64,000 nt of DNA from Eledone cirrhosa (lineage: Eukaryota), in the NCBI GenBank assembly GCA_964016885.1, contig OZ024747.1, forward strand, positions 1,736,001 to 1,800,000. Direction: 5' to 3'. The notes under the pieces are model-generated. The model saw only the letters and a program-made list of their open reading frames with translations. It had not been told where the DNA came from and ran no database searches. This document shows, piece after piece, positions 25,776 to 41,159 of this stretch; position 1 is the first letter of the stretch, and every line of letters starts with the position of its first letter. Position numbers and translations under genes: made by a program.

Positions 25776-26354
25776 TTGGTATGCATTATTCATATGTTTT
25801 GCTTGTTCTGATTGTCTTTTTTCTTTTATTTCAGCAGCTTTTCGTTTTTTATACTCCCTATTCCTAATGGCATTTTTTCTCCGTTTTTCATTCTCTTTAT
25901 GAATTTTTTGATCTTTGGGACATTCGGAAGCACTATCAGTCTCATTGAATTCAAATTCAGGTCCAGGATTTAATTCAACACAACCGATAATAAGCAATGA
26001 TAAGATCAGTGCACGTGTTCTATATTTCTGATTGGAAATCGGGTAAATTCGTTTATTGGATTTGTAAAAAGCCGCCTGAATGTGAATTTCATCATTCGAA
26101 TTGCCCGATTGTGGAATTGTTTCATTCGAAATGGAAATATTGCATTTTCGCGCCAGGCAAAAAAGTAATAAGCCGATCAAAAAGCCGCGAAACGTATATG
26201 GTGACTTTTTTCGAAAGCCGCGAAACGTATGAAGTGACCTTTTGCGATTTTTTTTGCGACCATTTTGGCGAGACTTTTGCAGGGAAACAAATTTTTCATT
26301 TGTAATAGTCAAAATAAATAAGCCGATAAAAAAGCCGAGAGACGTCATTTTCAT
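25692..26354 (-). CDS. 220-codon ORF with a 2A/StopGo-like motif (RALILSLLIIGCVELNPG|P) followed by a K/R/E-rich helical segment; possibly a remnant N-terminus of the element's protein
   Basis: The motif GCVELNPGP is at 25959-25985. The ORF is in the same orientation as the TC...CTAG termini. Both ORF ends run through tandem repeats, so the true start and stop are uncertain. Confidence 0.5.
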   Translation of the reverse strand: MKMTSLGFFIGLFILTITNEKFVSLQKSRQNGRKKNRKRSLHTFRGFRKKSPYTFRGFLIGLLLFCLARKCNISISNETIPQSGNSNDEIHIQAAFYKSNKRIYPISNQKYRTRALILSLLIIGCVELNPGPEFEFNETDSASECPKDQKIHKENEKRRKNAIRNREYKKRKAAEIKEKRQSEQAKHMNNAYQKAREENTKIQKKLSCEKLTKNRQKWRA

Positions 26355-26680
26355 ATGTCAAATGAGCACACTATTCGCACCTATCGCAAATGAGTTCACT
26401 ACTCGCACCTATCGGTACAAAAAATAGCACAACTATTCACAACTATTAGTACAAATCCAAATGATTTTCTGAATTTCTAGTATATCAATCAGCGACTGCT
26501 TTGAAAGAGAACAATGCAGTGAGTGATTACTCATTTGAATATAAATAGAAGACAACCTCAACTAGTTTGCAACGTGTGACCACTTATCGCGAGATAGGAG
26601 AACATAATAGCTCCTAATTAGCTCAATGATTAATGTTTACTGCCACATTGTATCAACATTTAAAATTCAAATTCAAAAAA

Positions 26681-26950
26681 ATAACCGCAGTCACTGGGGG
26701 GAGGGTTCGAATAAGCGCCGCACCCCGAATAATCGCAGTCACTGGGGGGAGGGTTCGAATAAGCGCCGCACCCCGAATAACCGCAGTCACTGGGGGGAGG
26801 GTTCGAATAAGCGCCGCACCCCGAATAATCGCAGTCACTGGGGGGAGGGTTCGAATAAGCGGGGGGGGGGGGGGGTCGAATAAGCGTCTCACCCCGAATA
26901 ATCGCAGTCACTGGGGGAGGGTTCGAATAAGCGCCGCACCCCGAATAACC
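26681..26950. repeat. GC-rich 48-bp tandem repeat, ~5.5 copies
   Basis: ataaccgcagtcactggggggagggttcgaataagcgccgcaccccga. Confidence 0.95.
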
Positions 26951-26986
26951 CCTTATCCTCCTCTGACCGGTCCCAAGAGATGCATC

Positions 26987-27417
26987 AAATGCACAGAGCG
27001 TCACCCTTACTCACTCACTTACTCACTTGAACACAGTTTTTTTCAGCAAACTTTGATCATAACTTTTTTTGTGCTGAACGAAATTTCGAGATTTTTAGCT
27101 TATAAGAGATGTGCAATGATTTACTCTCCATGCTCATATAACTTTCATGTGATTTTGATAATCGGAAGACATTCTAATAATGCTGTAAAGAGACGATTGC
27201 CAACGAAATCACTAAGACAACAATATTACTAAACCGACTACCGTCGGTTTAGGATATACAAATGAAAAAATTAATATGTTGCGTACATATCTAAAATCTA
27301 ATTTGCAAACAAAATGTTCACTTGCATACTATATTGGATATATACCAGATGTAATCTCCGATTTATACAATTTAAGTATTTAAATCATATTTGCGTACAT
27401 GCGTAATGAGTACGAAA

Positions 27418-27464
<47 letters not shown>

Positions 27465-27990
27465 CGTTCATACAAACATACAAGTATAATCATATTTATG
27501 AAGGTTATATGCATTTATACATAGACATTATACATACTTATTTAATAATACCAACACCAGAACCAAACATTTCTTAATAAAACAACAATAATCATTTATT
27601 TCTTGATATTTACACGAAGAAGAAGAAGAAGAAGAAGAAGAAAATGATGATGAGGGAGGGGGGGGGAGAAAGAGGAACAAAACAAGTGGAGGAGGAGGGG
27701 GATTATTGGAGTCGGAAGAAGAGAAAATGCACAGAGCGTCACCCTTACTCACTCACTTACTCACTTGAACACAGTTTTTTTCAGCAAACTTTGATCATAA
27801 CTTTTTTTGTGCTGAACGAAATTTCGAGATTTTTAGCTTAAGAGATGTGCAATGATTTACTCTCCATGCTCATATAACTTTCATGTGATTTTGATAATCG
27901 GAAGACATTCTAATAATGCTGTAAAGAGACGATTGCCAACGAAATCACTAAGACAACAATATTACTAAACCGACTACCGTCGGTTTAGGA
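26987..27990 (-). repeat. Direct duplication of the element's ~267-bp 5' end (26987-27254 and 27725-27990)
   Basis: Identical except a 2-bp indel. Each copy carries the hairpin ctaaaccgac-tacc-gtcggtttag and an A|TC junction on the minus strand. Confidence 0.93.
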
Positions 27991-30100
27991 TATATATACT
28001 ACAGTAACATAGACATATATACTACAGTAACATAGACATATATATATACTACAGTAACATAGACATATATATACTACAGTAACATAGACATATATACTAC
28101 AGTAACATAGACATATATATATACTACAGTAACATAGACATATATATACTACAGTAACATAGACATATATATACTACAGTAACATAGACATATATACTAC
28201 AGTAACATAGACATATATACTACAGTAGCATAGACATATATATACTACAGTAACATAGACATATATATATACTACAGTAACATAGACATATATACTACAG
28301 TAACATAGACATATATACTACAGTAACATAGACATATATATACTACAGTAGCATAGACATATATATACTACAGTAACATAGTCATATATATACTACAGTA
28401 ACATAGACATATATACTACAGTAACATAGACATATATATACTACAGTAACATAGACATATATATACTACAGTAACATAGTCATATATATACTACAGTAGC
28501 ATAGACATATATATACTACAGTAACATAGACATATATATATACTACAGTAACATAGTCATATATATACTACAGTAACATAGACATATATATACTACAGTA
28601 ACATAGACATATATACTACAGTAGCATAGACATATATATACTACAGTAACATAGACATATATACTACAGTAACATAGACATATATATATACTACAGTAAC
28701 ATAGACATATATACTACAGTAACATAGATATATATATACTACAGTAACATAGACACATATATACTACAGTAACATAGACATATATACTACAGTAACATAG
28801 TCATATATATACTACAGTAACATAGTCATATATACTACAGTAACATAGACATATATACTACAGTAACATAGACATATATATACTACAGTAACATAGACAT
28901 ATATATACTACAGTAACATAGACATATATACTACAGTAACATAGACATATATATACTACAGTAACATAGACATATATACTACAGTAACATAGACATATAT
29001 ATACTACAGTAACATAGACATATATACTACAGTAACATAGACATATATATACTATAGTAACATAGACATATATATATATACTACAGTAACATAGACATAT
29101 ATATACTACAGTAACATAGACATATATATACTACAGTAACATAGACATATATACTACAGTAACATAGACATATATACTACAGTAACATAGTTATATATAT
29201 ACTACAGTAACATAGACCTATATATACTACAGTAACATAGACATATATATACTACAGTAACATAGACATATATATACTACAGTAACATAGACATATATAT
29301 ACTACAGTAACATAGACATATATATATATACTACAGTAACATAGACATATATACTACAGTAACATAGACATATATATACTACAGTAACATAGACATATAT
29401 ATATATACTACAGTAACATAGACATATATACTACAGTAACATAGACATATATATACTACAGTAACATAGACATATATATATATACTACAGTAACATAGAC
29501 ATATATACTACAGTAACATAGACATATATATACTACAGTAACATAGACATATATATACTACAGTAACATAGTCATATATACTACAGTAACATAGACATAT
29601 ATATACTACAGTAACATAGACATATATATACTACAGTAACATAGACATATATATACTACAGTAACATAGTCATATATACTACAGTAACATAGACATATAT
29701 ACTACAGTAACATAGTCATATATATACTACAGTAACATAGACATATATATATATACTACAGTAACATAGACATATATACTACAGTAACATAGACATATAT
29801 ATACTACAGTAACATAGACATATATATATATACTACAGTAACATAGACATATATACTACAGTAACATAGACATATATACTACAGTAACATAGTCATATAT
29901 ATACTACAGTAACATAGACATATATACTACAGTAACATAGACATATATACTACAGTAACATAGACATATATACTACAGTAGCATAGACATATATATACTA
30001 TAGTAACATAGACATATATATACTACAGTAACATAGACATATATACTACAGTAACATAGACATATATATACTACAGTAACATAGACATATATATACTACA
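27991..30100. repeat. Minisatellite ctacagtaacatagaca(ta)n, right part
   Basis: Direct reading. Confidence 0.97.
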
Positions 30101-30534
30101 TGTAGTTATCCATACATGTGATATATGTGTATCCATCCAACTCACACATTTATACACATCTACACATTTTTGTCATCACTTTCCTTTCTGTCTAGCCCCC
30201 CCCCCCCCCCCGTCTCTCACTATCTCTCTCTCTCTCTCGCAATTTACTTTCATTTTCCTCCTTCTTTTGTCTCTCCCTCTTTCTTCCCCTCCTTATTTTC
30301 TCTGATATATTCTTTACTCCCAACTAAATGTAGGAGGAATAACTAGAATTTATCATTTCTCAAGAAATGAAGAATCAAGGCAGTGATAGGATGGAATTAC
30401 AATTCTCACAGAAAGGAAAATATCCTGAATGCAAGACTTCTGTGATAAATATCAAATAAATACACTAAATCACACACACACATTATATATATCATTTAAT
30501 GGAAAACAAACATTAAATGATGATGATATACATA

Positions 30535-32538
<2,004 letters not shown>

Positions 32539-32542
<4 letters not shown>

Positions 32543-32790
32543 AACCTGTCCCATGGTCGGGTCGTTGGCGACTAAACTGGCAACCCCACCAAGGTTTCTT
32601 GGTGAGGAGGGTGACTTTGGACATCCTGCAGGACTAAAAACAAAACCTGTCAAAGGGCAAAGGAGCTCTTAAGAGTCAATGGCCATCCAAAATCACCGGG
32701 AGAGATGACCCCTTAGCCTTTGTCAAGGCAGAATTCTAGGAGAAGGAAAACTCTGATATAACACCTGCAACCCTGATGGTATCCAATGAT
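32539..32790 (+). mobile_element. Possible RTE-type LINE 5' UTR fragment
   Basis: GC-richer island in (TA)n with ctaggagaaggaaaactctga, a motif I associate with RTE 5' regions (recall only). Confidence 0.3.
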
Positions 32791-33106
32791 GTTGACTTGT
32801 TCTTCTTTTTGGTAAATATCCTCTTGGTTAAGAGAGTGGGACTGGCTTTGTGCAGTGCCTTTGCTCACTATAAAAGCTTCACGGCACAGGCATTGCTTTA
32901 TATCTGGAGATCTCTCTGCACTTGTCGTCACATGGTACCATGGGCCCAGCACTATGTGTCAGTAATTGTCACAAGTGTAGTGTTTGTACCAGAGTTTTCA
33001 AGTCGCTGGCTGGACTAAAAAGTCACACTCGTTCAGCGCATCGGTAGGGGTTCTCCTACATGGATATAAAGTAGTGGCCGTACTCGAAAACGAGTTGGCA
33101 GCCACC

Positions 33107-34210
<1,104 letters not shown>

Positions 34211-34523
34211 ACAAATATAAATTATCGAGAATCGCATTTCGGCCCACGAAATATCGAAAAACAACCTCCGAGATGCGTGGCAAGTGCTCAATGATTCAGA
34301 TGACCCAGAACTATAACAAACGTTAAAGGCCAAACACACTGAGACGATGGTTAAACAATCATATATATATATATAGACATATATATATATATATATAGAC
34401 ATATGTATAGACATATATATATATATAGACATATATATAGACATATATATGTATATATACATATATATACACATATATATGTACATACACATATGTATAT
34501 ATATGTATATATTATATATATAT

Positions 34524-34557
<34 letters not shown>

Positions 34558-34651
34558 ATACACATATATATATAATTATATTGAATAATATCATTCACTT
34601 TTCATTGCAATATGCTGTTACATTTCACATTTTTTGGTGAAAGAATAGAAA

Positions 34652-35015
34652 AAAAACCTTGCTCTATGTAAAAACCCTGCTCTATGTAAAAACCTTGCTC
34701 TATGTAAAAACCTTGCTCTATGTAAAAACCTTGCTCTATGTAAAAACCTTGCTCTATGTAAAAACCCTGCTCTATGTAAAAACCTTGCTCTATGTAAAAA
34801 CCTTGCTCTATGTAAAAACCTTGCTCTATGTAAAAACCCTGCTCTATGTAAAAACCTTGCTCTATGTAAAAACCTTGCTCTATGTAAAAGCCCTGCTCTA
34901 TGTAAAAACCCTGCTCTATGTAAAAACCCTGCTCTATGTAAAAACCCTGCTCTATGTAAAAACCTTGCTCTATGTAAAAACCCTGCTCTATGTAAAAACC
35001 CTGCTCTATGTAAAA
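34652..35015. repeat. 18-bp minisatellite aaaacc(t/c)tgctctatgta, ~20 copies
   Basis: Direct reading. Confidence 0.97.
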
Positions 35016-35532
35016 GTCAATATAATGAGTATGAAGAAAGGTGAAGAGATGAGCAAGAAATATGTCTTCATTTCAAACTATCAACTTTTCTGGTTACCAT
35101 CTTCATAGTCTGTTGTGGTTTGATATTTAATCAGTTATTTATTACATATCGGTTATGTATGGAAGTAGGTGTATATATATATAGACATAGATAATTATAT
35201 TTATATACATACATGTCTATATGCACATGTACACACTCACACACATATTATATATATATATTTATATGCAAGTATATATATCATATTTATACATGTATAT
35301 ATATATATATAATATATATACATATATATTTATATATATATATAATATATATATATGTGTATATTTACATGGATATATATATATATATGTTTTTATATAT
35401 ACATGTATATATATATATAATATATATACATATATATTTATAGATATGTAATATATATATATGTGTATATTTACATGGATATATATATATATATATATAT
35501 GTTTTTATATATACATGTATATATTTACATGG

Positions 35533-35563
<31 letters not shown>

Positions 35564-35567
35564 TATA

Positions 35568-35895
35568 TCATCATCATTTTTAAGTCCGCTTTTCCCTGCT
35601 TGCAAGGGTGGGACGGGAACTGATTCTGGCTTGATTTCTACAGCTGGATGCCCTTCCTAACACCAACCTCATTTACAGTGAGTGCTGGGTGCTTTTTTGC
35701 CATGACACCTCCACGACCACTTTGCAGTGGAATGATAGGGACCCCAGTCCCTATCATCTCATTTCTACAGCTGAGTAAACTGGAGCAATGTGAAATAAAG
35801 TGTCTTGGAAACAACACATCAGCTGGTCTGAGAATTGAACTCACAACCTTTCGATTGCAAGGCTAATGCTCTAACCACTAAGCCATGTGCCTCCA
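35568..35895 (-). mobile_element. tRNA-derived SINE family 1
   Basis: Reverse complement of the 23121 and 40272 element. Confidence 0.9.
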
Positions 35896-36079
35896 TATAT
35901 ATATATATATTGGTTAATTATTTGTGTTTGTTTTATAACATCTAGTTGAGAGCTTATGATGATTAGCGGAAATTAAAATATTTCCTTTGTCTAACATTTT
36001 GAATGACCCGCCAAAAACCGGGGGTTATTTCCCTTGCCGGAATTAACACGTGACAGCTATAGATACGATACGCCGCATG

Positions 36080-37340
36080 TAGTAGCAACATTTAGCTTAT
36101 CACTTCGGCCACATATAAAATCTATATTCTTAGTTAGCTTACCTGTGATCCCACTACATCTTTTATGCACCCATACTTTGCATTTGGGACATAAAATGGA
36201 GTTTCTGCCTACTCTTTTCCTACACACTGAGCATGGCCATTTCCCAGATGGGACCAGTGCCCTATTTTCCTTCCTACAAACTAGAACTTTAGTCTTAGAC
36301 AGGTTAATTTTAAGGCCTTTTGATTCTAGGCCATGCTTCCATGTTTGGAATTTCTTCTCTAGTTCAGCCATTGATTCAGCTATGAGCGTTAGATCATCTG
36401 CGTATAGAAGTTCCCATGGGCAGCCGGTCTTGAACTCTTCTGTTATAGCCTGAAGGGCAATAATAAATAGTAGGGGGCTAAGGACGGAGCCCTGATGAAC
36501 ACCAACTTTTACGCTAAACTCTTCACTATATTCGTTGTTAATTCTAACCTTGCTGACTGTTTCTTTATACATAGCTTGTATAGCTCTCACAAGCCATTCA
36601 TCAACACCTAGTTTTCTAAGGGCCCACCAGATAATTGAGCGGTGTCTCTGTCAAAGGCTTTCTCCAAGTCAACAAAAGCTAAGTATAGGGGTTTACTTTT
36701 AGCTAGGTACTTCTCCTGTAGTTGTCGTACAATGAAAAGAGCGCCTGTGGTACTTTTACCTGACACAAACCCGAACTGTATTTCATCTAGATCGATTCGC
36801 CCTCTGATTAGTTGCGCTATTACTTTTTCTGTGACCTTCATGACCTGGTCAATTAATTTAATGCCTCTATAGTTTCCCCTATCTAGGGCATCTCCTTTAC
36901 CCTTTTAGCAGTTAATGATGATGCTGCTGCGCCAGTCCTTCGGAATGACCCCATTCTGTATGATTTGGTTTACTATCCGGGTGACCATAGTGTGTCCCAC
37001 CGTTCCAGATGTTTTCAGCATTTCAGCAACTATTTCCGAAGGCCCAGCCGCCTTGCCCGTCTTCATGTCTTTGATCACCTTACTTATTATACTACCTTCA
37101 ACTTGCACTGCTGGTCCCTCTATTGGATCGATGTGGGGGAGACTGTCTTTCTTCCAATTATTCTCCTCATTTAGTAGCCTTTCGTAGTGACACTTTCAAG
37201 CTACCTTCTTATCAGCATCAGTGATGGCAAGTACACCATCATTATTAAGGACACACTTCTCCCCGACAATATCACGGTTTTCCTTGACACATTGCCTAGC
37301 AATCCTGAACACCTCACGTTTTTGGTCCTCGCGTTGTAGA
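36080..37340 (-). mobile_element. RTE LINE internal fragment (reverse transcriptase, disrupted)
   Basis: ORFs give KTGKAAGPS, QFGF..GKSTT, AFVDLEKAFD, GVHQGSVLSPLLF, LLYADDL, KTKVL and a Cys-rich finger, with stops and frameshifts. Confidence 0.93.
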
Positions 37341-37360
37341 ACATATATAAATATATATAT

Positions 37361-39980
37361 AGGTCCTTGACAAACTGGACCAGGGTCTCAACATTCTACT
37401 GCTGGGAGACTTCAACCTACCAAAGGTCAAATGGCCTGAGGGCCACCTCCTCCCTGGAATGACGTCAATAGAACAGAGACAGACGGAATCCCTGCTGGCC
37501 CTCACACACAGGCTGTTCATGGAGCAAGCAATACTCCTCCCAACAAGAGGCGAAAATTTCCTGGACATCTGTTTTACAAACAACGAAGTGCTCATCCACA
37601 ATGTAAAGGTGACACCAACAATTCTCTCGGATCATAACTTAGTAGAGCTAATGATATGTGGTCTGAGAGAACCAACAGAGACAAAACCACCAAGAAGCTC
37701 CGGGATGTTATCCAGCCTTAACTTCTACAAGGCTAACTGGAAAAAGATTAAGAGAGAAATCCAGAAGCAAACATGGAGTGAAAACACCGCCACACAAGAC
37801 ACTAACACACAATTTCAACACTTCATGACAACGATACACACTATATGCAAAAAGTTTGTCCCGGAGAAAAAGGCAAACAGACACAAAAATCTTATTCCCA
37901 GAGATAGGAAAATCCTTATGAGACGTAGAACCAAGCTCTCAAACCAGTTGAATAGTCAACAAGAAAACAAAAACAAGAAGGAATCCTATTTGAAATGTGC
38001 ACTACTTGGCACCGAGATTGCACTCAAACTTTCCCATGAAAATGAGAAGGCAAAGAAAAAGAACAGGGCCATAGAAAACATTAAAACAAACCCTAAGGCC
38101 TTCTTTAAATTTGCAAAAGAAACTGCCTCGGTACACTGCAAGATTGGACCACTCTTCCATACGGATGGTTCATTAACCGAAAACCCCCAAGAGATATGTG
38201 AAATACTGAACGAACAGTACAAAAGTATGTTCACATGTCCACTGAGGCACATGCAAATAACGAAGCCAGAGGAGTTCTTTGATGCCACAACACTACATGA
38301 AGAAATGGCGACCATCAACCACATAGACATAATGGAGGAGGATGTGGTGTACGCCATAGATGAAATTAGAACAGACTCAGCTGCTGGACCTGATGGATTC
38401 CCAGCAGTTCTCTTAAAAACATGTAAGCGGGCCTTAGCAACTCCACTGAAGATGCTCTTCAGAAGCTCCTTGGCTAGCGGTGTACTACCCAGGGAGCTGA
38501 AAGAAGGCACAATATGCCCTATCCATAAAGGAGGTAGCAGAGCGGAGACCAAAAACTATAGGCCAGTCTCCCTGACGTTGCATATCAGTAAGGTCATGGA
38601 GCGAGTCATCAGAAAGAAACTGATCACTTTCCACAAGGAAAATGACCGCCTGACTAGCACGCAACATGGCTTCCGCCCAGGAAGAAGCTGCCTTACACAG
38701 CTGCTACATCACTACTAGACAGCTCACATGTGGACGTGATATATCTTGACTTTGCAAAGGCCTTTGACAAGGTCGACCACGGAATGATATGTCACAAACT
38801 ACACGGACTCGGCATAACTGGAAAAGTAGGTGAGTGGCTGCATGACTTCCTAAAGGACAGAAGCCAGACAGTCGCAGCAAATGGGGCCCTCTCAAAGGAA
38901 ACACCAATAACAAGTGGGGTGCCCCAGGGGACAATCCTGGGACCACTACTGTTTTTGGTGGCTCTCTCAGACATGCCCTCTGTAGTACATACAACAACAT
39001 CCCTCACTAGCTATGCTGATGACACTAAGGTAGCACAGGCAATCAAAAACCCGGCTGACGCTGCCCTTTTACAACAAGATCTGGGCGGAAGAAAACAACA
39101 TGCAGTTTAATGCTGGCAAATTCCAAGCCCTACAATACAAACCTCCAAACAAACCTGCAAACACAAATATAATACAACACAACTACACAGGACCAGGAGG
39201 GACCGATATCCCCGTGTCAAAATCGATACGAGACCTGGGCATAGACATGAGCGATGATGCATCGTTTTCCTCACACATCATGAAAGTGGTGACAATGTGC
39301 AGACGACTCGCTGGCTGGATCTTGAGGACTTTCCGGACAAGGGACCGAGACACCATGTTGACACTATGGAGGACATTTGTCCTAAGCCGCCTGGACTACT
39401 GCTCCCAGTTGTGGTCACCCCATAGTGTCAAACTAACCACGGAGCTTGAGGCAATCCAGCGAAACTACACCAAGAGGATTGCCAAGATGAGGGAGACAAG
39501 CTACTGGGAGAGGCTAAAGGAACTGAACCTCTACTCCTTGGAATGAAGACGGGAGAGATACGCAGTGATCTACATGTGGAAAATCCTGGAGGGACTAGCA
39601 CCAAACTTTGGAATTGGGAGCTGGACCAACCGTCGAACAGGACGTCATTGTGTGGTGCCAAAGGTCCCGTCTTCCACATCTAGAATAAGGAGCAGGTATT
39701 GCAATAGCCTGGGATCCAGGGCCCTCAACTCTTCAACAAACTGAGAGATTTGCATGACGTGGAGGTGGATGTCTTCAAGAAACATCTCGATACCTTGCTA
39801 TCCAGGATCCCGGATGAGCCCACAGCAAAGCACGAGGGAAACCTAAGGGCAGCAGCAACAAACTCCCTCTTACACCAGTGGCCAACCTATACAGGCTGGA
39901 GATAAAATGTGTAGCAACAAGGGCGGTGCCCCAGCATGGCCTCAGCCGGATGGCTGAAAGAGGTAAAAGAGTAAAAGAGT
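37361..39980 (+). mobile_element. 5'-truncated CR1-group LINE ORF2 (APE C-terminus plus RT), inactivated
   Basis: LLGDFNLP, PTRGENFLD, SDHNLV, AAGPDG, NYRPVSLT, QHGFRPGRSCLTQLL, YLDFAKAFDKVDH, SGVPQGTILGPLLF, YADD, RDLG, LDYCSQLWSP. Small deletions near 38720 and 39085 and a TGA at 39544. Tail is aaaagagtaaaagag. Confidence 0.95.
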
Positions 39981-40002
39981 ATATAAATATATATATATAT
40001 AA

Positions 40003-40152
40003 ATAGGAACGAGTAGGACCCCGACGGCTGAGCTCAAGCCGTTTCGACGGCTAATTCTGGACTACTCATTTCTATTACCCACTCTACTACCCTAAGTATT
40101 GAGTACTTTGGTGCGTTATGGTCCATCTGGTTCCTTACCACATTTCCTTCGT

Positions 40153-40154
<2 letters not shown>
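40003..40154 (-). mobile_element. Short hairpin-ended repeat family, copy 3 (one arm only)
   Basis: Arm ggaacgagtaggaccccgacggctgagctcaagccgtttcgacggctaattctggac plus the body of 10868. Confidence 0.8.
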
Positions 40155-40188
<34 letters not shown>

Positions 40189-40271
40189 AATATATATATA
40201 AATAAATATATATATATATAAATAAATATATATATATATATATATATAAATATAAATATATAAATATATAT

Positions 40272-40608
40272 GGAGGCACATGGCTTAGTGGTTAGAACAT
40301 TGGTTTTGCAATCGAAAGGTTGTGAGTTCAATTCTCAGACTGGGTGATGTGTTGTTTCCTTGAGCAAGACACTTTATTTCACATTGCTCCAGTTTACTCA
40401 GCTGTAGAAATGAGATGATAGAGTCCATAGGGTCCATATCATTCCACTACAAAGTGGTCGTGGAGTTGCCACGGCAAAAAAGCACCCAGCACTCACTGTA
40501 AATGAGGTTGGTGTTAGGAAGGGCATCCAGCTGTAGAAATCAAGCCAGAATCAGTTCCCGTCCCACCCTTGCAAGCAGGGAAAAGCGGACGTATGATGAT
40601 GATGATGA
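40272..40608 (+). mobile_element. tRNA-derived SINE family 1
   Basis: Same as 23121, with a (GAT)n tail. Confidence 0.9.
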
Positions 40609-40619
40609 TAAATATATAA

Positions 40620-40657
<38 letters not shown>

Positions 40658-41110
40658 TACAGATATTAATCATGTTTCTATTATATAGAAGAATCAAAAT
40701 AACTGGGTAAAATGTAATCTAAGAAATCCACTCTCGTTTCTTTTTAGTAAACATAAACTAAAATGGTTATTTGCTTTGGCAAACCAGTCAATAAACATTG
40801 ACTTACTATTTGTTGTCTCTTATTTTCTTATAACAGTTGTATTTTTTGTGTTTCAGCAATTTATTTCAAAGACTCTGTCAGACTTCATGTTGGAAGGAAA
40901 CACACAAATACCAAAAAAAGGCATAATTTATTTATAGTTAGATTTATTTTACAGTACAATTGGTGAACATTTTCTGACATCTGCAGTGATAAGGGAGTAT
41001 CTTCAGCTCTTTGCAGTACAAATACCACAAGGGAATTTATGTGAAATGTGCTGGTGTTTGGTTTTTGTCATTTATTTTTGCCGATGTTTGCATTCTTTGC
41101 TGATAGACAT

Positions 41111-41154
<44 letters not shown>

Positions 41155-41159
41155 AATGA

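Larger units (their letters stand above)
23926..27990 (-). mobile_element. Composite non-autonomous Helitron-like element (4065 bp)
   Basis: The minus strand reads A|TCCTAAACC...TTTTTCTAGCTAG|T. Removing it restores an intact minisatellite unit with no TSD. No Rep or helicase motifs seen, and the 3' hairpin is only vestigial. Confidence 0.75.

Noticed and set aside
26626-27232. Repeat-peptide ORFs and a CRISPR-like look of the 48-bp array
   Set aside because: Units are contiguous with no unique spacers, there are no cas genes, and the context is eukaryotic. The ORFs are open in several frames because the unit length is a multiple of 3.
34659-35108. (LLYVKT)n ORF
   Set aside because: 18-bp minisatellite.
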